From: Camelus ferus
Lineage: Eukaryota
Length of the DNA stretch: 64,000 nucleotides
Assembly (NCBI RefSeq): GCF_009834535.1
Contig: NC_045697.1
Location: 64,420,001-64,484,000 of the forward strand
Direction of reading: 5' to 3'
A program made the translations under genes and the position numbers. Positions 55,528 to 64,000 of this stretch are shown piece by piece (positions within the stretch are counted from its first letter, which is position 1; each line of letters starts with the position of its first letter). The notes beneath the pieces are model-generated. The model ran no database searches. It was not told where the DNA came from and was given only the letters and a program-made list of their open reading frames with translations.

Positions 55528-56302
55528 GTCCCGCGCGTCTGGGTCGTGGAGCTGTCGCTCGCGGTCACCTCTGCAAACGGGCTCCGTGGCCTGGCGTCCC
55601 CGTCCGCGCCGCTCGTGATTGTGCGCCGAGGCCCACGAGGGGTCCCCGCCGAGGTTTCTAACAGCCCACAGGTAAGATCATGGCAGCCGTGCCCTCCAGC
55701 GGCTCACTGACGGCCGCCCACCACTGCTGCCGGCGCCGCCCGGGCTCAACTACCAGTAACCGCTGCTGCAGAAGTGCGGAGTACCCTGGGGAAGCCATCC
55801 CCCGCCACCTCCTGGTCTTCCAAAAGCCTACCAGGGACACTGGTGGGCTAGCTTCTTTTTCAGGAAGTCCACTCTCCCATTCATGGCCACAGTGTTGGAG
55901 TCCCCAGAGCACTCGGAATCGCCCCAGACCTCCACCAGCGGGATCACCTGTGACCTGGCTCGGGGAAGTAGCAGCCTGGAGGCCAGCCTGGCAAAACCAG
56001 CAACGGGCCCCCGTCCTGAGTGGCTGCCACCAGCTGCCAGGCTTCCTTCCAAGGCGCTAGGCTCCTAAGATCCGCCCCCCTCCTCTTCCCTCCCCTCCCC
56101 AAGACTAAGCAGGCTACAGCCAACAGAAACAGTTGGGATCTTTAATATTAAAACAGCAAAACACCAAAAAGGAAGTTGAGAGAACCCCATTCTTTATTAT
56201 CCAAGCCACACAAGAGCCTTCCTGACACCTCATAACTCTGTGCCTTGTACCAAGTAGAAAATAAACTCCAAGCAGCCATCAAAAAAGAAAAAAAAAAAAA
56301 AA
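55528..56302 (+). pseudogene. PPDPF: Processed pseudogene (retrocopy) of PPDPF, pancreatic progenitor cell differentiation and proliferation factor
   Basis: ATG at 55680 gives MAAVPSSGSLTAAHHCCRRRPGSTTSNRCCRSAEYPGEAIPRH. After a frameshift at about 55809 it reads PGLPKAYQGHWWASFFFRKSTLPFMATVLESPEHSESPQTSTSGITCDLAR. After a second shift at about 55964 it reads K*QPGGQPGKTSNGPPS*, with TGA at 56017-56019. This is collinear with PPDPF (MAAIPSSGSLVATHDYYRRRLGS...GHWWASFFFGKSTLPFMATVLES...GPPS). Intronless, GC-rich 5' UTR from 55528, AATAAA at 56260-56265, A-tail at 56281-56302. Confidence 0.95.
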
Positions 56303-59300
56303 GAGAGAGAACAAAGAATAGTGAAGAGAAGATGAAAATGTTTTCAAAAATGTAAAAAGAAATAAAGGCTGAATTCAATTATAAAATTCACCTATGAATT
56401 TTGGTTCCACGATTCATTTAATAAGGAGTAGCATCTAATAGCAATTGAATAAACTTATCTTTAAATTTATTAGAAAGTAATTAAAATAATGCAAACCTTT
56501 AAAACTTCCAGAGTACTAGCCTGAAAGGTAACACATTTAGTCCCTCTTTGTACACTTATAAGTCTATTTAAAGAGTCAAAAAATGTTTTTAAATCTGAGT
56601 TATCCTTATCACATAATAGTTACAAATAAAAGCAAGTCAAGTAGTATACTCTATATGCTAACGTTACGGACAAGAACTAGAAAAATATTTTTTCTTCATA
56701 CCATATTGTGTTTCCATTTGATTCAGTTCAACAAAGATGTTTCAAGCATCCTGCAGATTAAAAAAAAATTGCACTAAACTTAATAATCAAGATACTCAAC
56801 AGACAAGTTGACCAATTTCCTAAAAACTTTTATCTGAAATTTTTCTACATTTATATATGATGTGGTTCAACCTTATAATTTTGATTCTAAGAATCACTAC
56901 CACATGATGTGTGGTACATTTGTTTGTATATAATATATATTAAGTTGTATAATTCTCCCCAAATATGCTACATAATGCAAACAAAATATCAAAAAAAAAA
57001 TCTTATAAAGACAGTCTAATATGAAATAAAGTTGTAGAGGAAATAGGATAAAATATAAGTGGTTAAGTACAGAGAGAAAATTTTAAAAACACTCAAAAAT
57101 TCCAACAGGTATTTTTGTATAACCACATTATTTATGAATGGACAATAACATTATGATAAGGGAGCTATCTGTAGGAAGGACAGAGTTCCTCAGGTAGGGC
57201 AAGTAGATTAATAATATAGAATATAGTAAATCAACTATGTAATACGGCTTTAAAAATTAAAGATAACTTTTGTTTATACACACTCAAATGTAAATGTTTT
57301 TCTTTTGGAAATGAAAATTTCTCTTATCTAGAGGTGCAGGTGGCATATTTGCTCTTCTATTCAGCTTTTTCACACACATGGAAGTAAACATATAGACAAC
57401 CAGTATACAAATGTGTTAACACAGCCTTCCATATCTTCTTCTTCAAGTGTTTCAGAAGAAATTTTGAATGAATGCTTTAATTACTTTGTTATTGCAACAA
57501 CTTGAAGACAACAAAGTATTTGATTTTTATGTTTTCACTAGTGTGAGGAAATCACACGGCCTTTTAAAGTGCCTGGCCTAACTGTCCCAAGTTGAACCCA
57601 AAACTTTGTTGTACTAAAGAGGAACAAAGAAAACCATATTGAAATATTATTTTCCTTTTGTTCTTAAAATTATAAAGAATATAGTTTATCAATTGATTAA
57701 AAATAAATTAAACAAAAACACTACTGATAAAATTGTAAAGTTGTCAGTGAACACCTGTAAAATAAATAGTGATGGGTAAATGTCAAAGTAAACTATTTTT
57801 AACCATGATTTTCAGAAAGGTAAAATCATCATGACTCTCATGCAAATATAAAATGGGCATGTGTCAAAAGCTTATGTAATTTACTAGAGAGAACCAGTAA
57901 GTTGTAAAAACCAAAGAGCATTTGAAAGGCTAGATATTTTGGGGCAATGATAGAAAAATACACATGATTCAAGTTCAACAGTGACATAAATCTTTTCAAT
58001 CTTTGGGGTTATCTTTTCTATTGAATAGAAATTATTTCCATTTTTATGTTTTTTTTTTTAAGTCTACAAGTTAACTTCTATCCCTGCACAATTCTAAAAA
58101 AGACCAGACAATAGGAAATTAAACTCAGTCAGCACTGAATTTTAAAAAATCCAATAATCTTGTTATCTTGCTTTCAAGTTTTGGGTAAATTTTTGACAGT
58201 ATGAAGTATAAATGTAACGGAAAACTCTTTGAAGACTGGTGAAGATGGACTCCAAAAATGTATATTTTGTTAAAAACTGATCAGGAGATTCTGATACATA
58301 TTTAAAATTATGGACCACATTAGAGCTGAAATGCCTTATTCAGTGGAACAAAAAAAAGTTAGTCCTTTTTTTCCCTACAGGAGTATTTAAACGTTCAATA
58401 TTAAAAACAGTAGCTGTTGAAGAGTTCAAAATAGAATGTTTTCAAGGTTTTATGATTTTTCCCATAATTCTTGGAAATAGTAAGAACTGCCAGTATTATG
58501 CCTCATGATTCTTTTATTTTCCTTCCCTTGATAAGCTACTCATTTGATAAGTCTTTGAACAGTTTATGAGGTATATTTATACAGTTCATTACAAATTTAA
58601 GATTTGAACTGAGTTTTCTTCCTCTGCTGAGAAGAAGTTTTCCTCAACGTGAAATTAAAAAACTGTATTAGGTGAGAGATTGAAACGATAAATTTAGTTA
58701 GCATAGTTCTGTCTGTCTGGTATCTATTTTCCCCTCCCTTTTTTTTTTTTTTTTTTTTTTTTTGGTATTACATTTGGATTTTCCTTAAAGAAACTAATTC
58801 TCCACTCTTTGGAGTCTATCTGTTTTGCATGGAGCTTTCCTCAACTACTCCCTGAATACAGAAGAGGCTTCAGTGTTGAGACAAGTCAATCTGAGTCACT
58901 ATAACTGGTTCAAGAACAGCTACTTGACACAATCCAGGCCGCTGGGAATCACTGGAATTATTATGAAAGAGGCAGTCACTTTTCACTGATGTTTTCTCAG
59001 TGTCACAATATAATAATGCAGTTATTCTAATTGTCTTTGCTATTACAGTCTGCAAAGAGAGAAACGAAAACACAAGAAAGTAGATCCCACAGAAAAGAAT
59101 GTCACCTTGTTGATGGGAGCATTTCAGCACTTGGATTTAGCTCTTTTTAAACCCAAATCTACACTTGGACTTTCAGAAGTCCTCTCACTTTTTATTTTCT
59201 CCCTCTGAAAAAAGAACTTTGACTTGTCTTCTGTTAAATAAATGGTCATGTGCTTCAAAAAACTGCCACAGAAACATATGAAAATGTAAGACCCAGAACC

Positions 59301-60199
59301 CAAGCAAGATTCCGGAGCTATACATTTTTGTCTTGAGAGTTAGAGATGAAAAAGTTCAAGATAGGAGAAAATAAGGTAGGATGTGAGTGAGTACTGGAAG
59401 TCTATGCTATACTTGCTCAAATCTAATTAGGTTGAGAATTATAGAAATCAACTCAAGCTAGCTTAAGAAATATTTTTAATGGGAAACTTATTAGAAGAAG
59501 GCAGGACTATTTGGGAGATATTAGTCACAGCACCACCTGGGGCAAGCAATCAAACAGTCCTCTTTTTTCCTACTTTCTCTCTCTGCTCCTCTGTACATCT
59601 TCTCTTGCTGGGCAGAGACTGCCTCTCTATGCACAAGCAGTCAGTCAGAATATAACCCTTGAAACGTTCCTCACATCAAATCTCCTAATTTCCTGAATAA
59701 ATAGAAGTTGTCCTTGTCTCTGGATCCTAATTCCTGATTCATGGGAGATAGATTCCTATTGACCCTCGGGGGTATGGTTTGGCTGCCAGAATCTCACTCC
59801 AGTTAATGAGACAAATGGGGTGGAGGGGAGGGGTAGCGGGAAGTGGCAGATGACGGAGAAACAGTGTCATTGAAAGTTGGGCAGATATCCAAAAAGTATC
59901 CAGTATACTTTTTAAAGTCTCAAACTAGCTTCAACATTTTTCATTTTCTAAAATTTCTGTTGTTTTATTTTATTGTCAGTTTTGGCATACTGTGCAACAT
60001 CTAAAGACTATTGTAACAAAACTCTATATAGAATAATTACCAGGTAGAAATATACATTTTAATCAATATTGTATTCATGCTAGTGATTTACCTCACTTTT
60101 CTTGTTTTCTTTCTTTCTTTCTTTGAGCCTAAGGTGCTGAAAGTTGAGTTAATAATCTCCTTCATTTCCTAAAATGCAGCTGTCATTTGGTCACACAAA

Positions 60200-61100
60200 A
60201 TCTTCTCATATTTATTTGTCCCTTTCTCCTCTCCTCTTTCCCATCCTTCTCTTATTCCCCACAAAGATAACTCTAATGTATTAATCATAAATTCTTTAAC
60301 TTGTATTATTGCACAGATTACAGATGTAAAGCATATAGAATTGTTTTATATATATGTATTTCAATTTAAATGAATTTTGTTGTGCTATAGAGTTTGTCTA
60401 TTTCTTTCTCTCTTTTTCCTACTCATTGCTATGTTTTTATGATTTAGTCATTTTGCTGGCTGTCTAACCAGTCGTTTACTTCTCTTCCTTACTTAGTATT
60501 CCTCCTGAAATGGGCAATTAGATTGTGTACAATTGCCCGCTACCACAAGCAGAGCTTGTGATGAAGTCCTCATGTGTCCTTTTCATGATATTATCTGAGG
60601 AAATCTCTGAGATACTTTCCAAGAAGTGAAATTTTTGTAGACATAAGGATTTCATACCCTTAATGTGGACTTCATACACTTAGTGTAACAAGAGAGCTGC
60701 CAGATAGATCTCTAATGCCTACTTTAGAGTCTCATCCACTAGAGTTTCCACATCTCTGATAATACTTGCTTTTATCCATTACTTAATTATTAGCCAATAA
60801 GTGGTATTTCCTTGGTGCTTTAATTTAGAGTATCTCTAAGTACTTCTTAGCTATTTGGTTTTCCAGTCTATGAATTATCTGTCATATAATAAACTCATTT
60901 TTAAGGAGAGTTTCTTGTCTTATTTATTGATTTGCAGGAGATTCTTGTATCTGGTAAATGTATCTATTGCTTCTTTTGTTACATAGAAATTACTAATCTT
61001 GTTGTAATCAAATCTACTTATTTCTCTTCTTGTGATTTGTACTTCTTGCATCTTGTTTAAGCAGGTTTTTCCAATAACATAATCATAGAGATACAATTAA
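60200..61100 (-). mobile_element. Highly decayed LINE-1 (L1ME-like)
   Basis: atgggcaattagattg, tagccaat...gtggtatttccttggtgctttaattt and ttattgatttgcaggagattcttgtat. Confidence 0.7.
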
Positions 61101-61554
61101 AAATTTTTCAATCACTTTCCTTATTTAACTCTTGACTATTTTCTACTTTCTAATATATATTTCTAGAAATACATTTTAGGATTAAACCCAAAGCAAGGCC
61201 AAAACTTTAAATGAATATGTAATAAAAGAATAAATTTAAACAAATGTTCTTTGAAGTGGGTCTACTGAACAAATTTTTTAGACCTAAAATTCTACTTTTC
61301 TTGGTAGGAGTAATGAATTTTAAGGAAGTTTTGAAGGAATTTGCTAATTGTATACCTGGCTATGAGAAGGCTACTTTTGGTAAGTAAGAAGGATGATATA
61401 ATGACTACTAAAGGCAATTTAAGCAAAGGCAAAATTAAGGGACCATTACAGATTAAGAGGATGCTTAATCCTGGTCTAAAGAACCCATTTCAACCAATAG
61501 TTCCTGTAAGTGGTGCTTGCTATAATGTCTTCCTATTTTTATGAAACAAGTCCG

Positions 61555-61610
61555 TAGTTATCTCTACTTTATCTGAATAAAATAGCTATCTCTACTTTAT
61601 CTGCATAAAA
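61555..61610. repeat. 28-bp tandem duplication (26/28 identical)
   Basis: tagttatctctactttatctgaataaaa followed by tagctatctctactttatctgcataaaa. Confidence 0.95.
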
Positions 61611-62089
61611 TATGTAAATATTTCCCTACTTATTGCAAAGCTTTATTTACTTCCCAGCTGTTGATAATTCACTGATTATTAATTTTAAAATTGACCTTAA
61701 TAGAGAATATCAAGCCATATATTATCAAAATTAAATGTTACTAACAAAAATTTATTCTCCTATGTGAAATCTTACCTTTTTTTTTTTTTTTCTGCTTTAC
61801 TTAGTAGAAAAAAATTTCATAGGGATTCTGAGGGATTTTGCCATTGATAGAGATTTTCTGCCAAACAGATGGTTCCCACTTAACAATCAGATTTGCCTAC
61901 AGAATACAAATGAATGGCTAAGAGATGAGGAAATGGAAAGAGTTGAGGGAGAAAAAGGAGTTTTTTTCTGGTAGCTGATCATACTACTATGTGAGCTCAC
62001 TGCTTATGACTATCCACTGCTTAGCCCTCTAACCATCACCCAGAATACTCATCTCAATGATGACAATTCATTGGAAAATATCAGCTACA

Positions 62090-62290
62090 AGGTGGAGCAC
62101 TTCACACACATTATCTTACAGAATTTAATAGTCTCAACAACCCTCTGGTTCACATGTCCCCATTTTACAATTGAGGTATTGAGATAAGGGAGCTTAAGTC
62201 CAAGGCCAACAGTAAGTGCTGGAGTAGGGATTCAAGTCCAGATTTCGCTGATTCCAAATCTACTCCCTTAGCTTCAGTACTGTCATCTCC
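62090..62290. mobile_element. MIR SINE
   Basis: ctcaacaaccct...ccccattttacaattgaggtattgaga...ccaaggccaac...gggattcaagtccag. Confidence 0.8.
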
Positions 62291-62739
62291 ATTTGCTAGA
62301 ACTTTCTCAGATTTTTTTCGAAAAATTATCCCCTATTGAAGAAGCTAATTTTTTCATACCTTAACTAGCTCTTATGGTGTATGGAAGAGTTCAATGATTT
62401 TCTTTGAGCATTTCCCAAATGGTATGCTTTCACATGGTAGTGAATCTGTGACACTGGTGACATAGTTTTGACATGAGTTAAAAATTTGCTTATATCTCTC
62501 AAAATTACTTTTGTATTTTTCATTTATTTAGGTGATTTTTTTTTTTCCATTTGCAAGTAGGAATTGTTATACTGGTTAATTTTCAGGATAAAGTGGTTTG
62601 AAAAGTTGTAACATTGATATAAAGAAATTTATCAATTAAAAAAGAAAGTAAATTTTCTGGGAAACTGTTTAATCTCTCAGGTAATCATTATGTTGTAGGA
62701 CAAAAAGGGTTGTATTTACATTGGCCTAACAGGAATAGG

Positions 62740-63200
62740 CCACCTTTCAGATCGTGCTCCTAATATCTAACCTATATTTTGCTTTCTTTAGCTTCCAGTC
62801 ATTGCTCTTTGTCCTCATGTCTTCTGAGACTATGAGTAATTCCCTTCATTCATTATATTGTTACCCAGGGGGTATTATTTATAGATTGTGAACATGGCTT
62901 ACTTTAGTTTTCTCTTTTTGAGACACACAAATTAAGTTTTTTCATTTGTTTCTTGTATCTTTCTGTCTCTCTCTTCTTTTTTTTTTTTTTTTTTAATCCC
63001 TTCTATTCTCTTTTGGGCTTTCTCAGATTATCCTAAATACTTCCTAAACTTTGTGAGGAAGAAATATACAGAAAATTTAAAATGTGGTTTCAGACTGATT
63101 CAACCGGGTAGACAATTACCTTTCTTCTTCCAGTGTTACATCTTTGGCTGAGCTATATAGATTGAATTTAAGTCTCTGGCATTAACCACTACTATGTAAA
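62740..63200 (-). mobile_element. Possible L3/CR1 remnant
   Basis: Weak similarity to the antisense CR1 3' region (ctaatatctaaccta..., aaatgtggtttcagac...attacctttc). Confidence 0.35.
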
Positions 63201-64000
63201 CGAATTTATTCTGCAAATGCAGTTGGTCACTATAGGACCATTTCAATGCTTTGATATGTAAATTCAACTAGAATCTGATTTAAGTCTTTTAATCTGTAGC
63301 AGTAAGTTCTAAAGCTTTAAGTTTGGTTAGAAATACAATTAATATTTTTGATTACTCGATTATTTTCCAGGCACAGTGCTACTTATTAGGATAAGTAACT
63401 GCAGTTTTGGGTTAATTTTTACTTAGTACAATTTCCTAACAAACTGAGTTCTTATCTTGTTCCACTATACCAGTTGCTTTTAGATTTTAGAAATATGCTC
63501 TTTTACAGAAAGATAAAATTTACTTGAGAACATTGCATAATATACAACATTGCATAAAATACAACATATTCTGGACTATAGGGACAAAGAACACATTAGG
63601 AACTGAAATCATGAATTCAGTCTGGAAAACCTATTTGTGTGTAGTTTAGAAAGATTTAGGGGCAGGAAATAGGTTTTTGTGTTGTTTTAGGGGGGAAAAA
63701 GACACTCTATTTCTGACAATACATGGACATTCTGCAGAAATCAAATACATTATGAAATAGGAGGTCCAAAAAAAAAACAACCTGGTATTTTAGAAGGGTG
63801 AAATTAGAGCAAGAGAGGGAACTTTGGACAGCAGATGTAAAAGTTCTCAGTTTCTAATCACGTGGAGAAAGGAGTTTGACACTGCTTTCCCTTTACTTTT
63901 CCACTAATTTTATACTTTTTGTCTTTTTTTACTATTCTGCTTCCTAACCCAAATCATTGTCACTAATTCTGTTTTCCTTCAAGAAGATGAACAATATGAA

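Noticed and set aside
55505..56330. TSD for the PPDPF retrocopy
   Set aside because: Only loose A-rich similarity (gaaaacaaaaa versus gagaacaaaga); cannot be called.
63529..63567. 17-bp tandem duplication (similar one at about 16742-16780)
   Set aside because: Ordinary slippage duplication.
1..64000. CRISPR arrays, tRNA/rRNA genes, operon-like systems
   Set aside because: None seen; this is mammalian non-coding DNA.

Overview
AT-rich, CpG-depleted eutherian DNA (intergenic or deep intronic). The young L1 3' UTRs look cetartiodactyl and most likely camelid; this is pattern recall, and I recognised no Alu, B1/B2, Bov-tA, PRE1 or SINEC. No intact protein-coding gene is supported. The only recognisable gene-derived sequence is a PPDPF processed pseudogene at about 55528-56302 (+). 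The rest is layered transposon debris (old and young L1, L2, MIR, MaLR/ERVL/ERV1 solo LTRs, MER44, MER5A, MER81), microsatellites and repeat-poor stretches. I do not see a new multi-gene system. The most unusual observations are: (1) a precise R-U5 fragment of an ERV LTR, matching strong-stop cDNA boundaries, inserted antisense into an L1 3' UTR, with a full LTR of the same family about 7 kb away defining the ends; (2) an ungapped 106-bp inverted repeat with an identity gradient and an interrupted hairpin centre; (3) a CpG-rich PPDPF retrocopy; (4) an L1 with a 28-bp perfect flanking duplication. Repeat subfamily names are from memory, and boundaries of old repeats are approximate.
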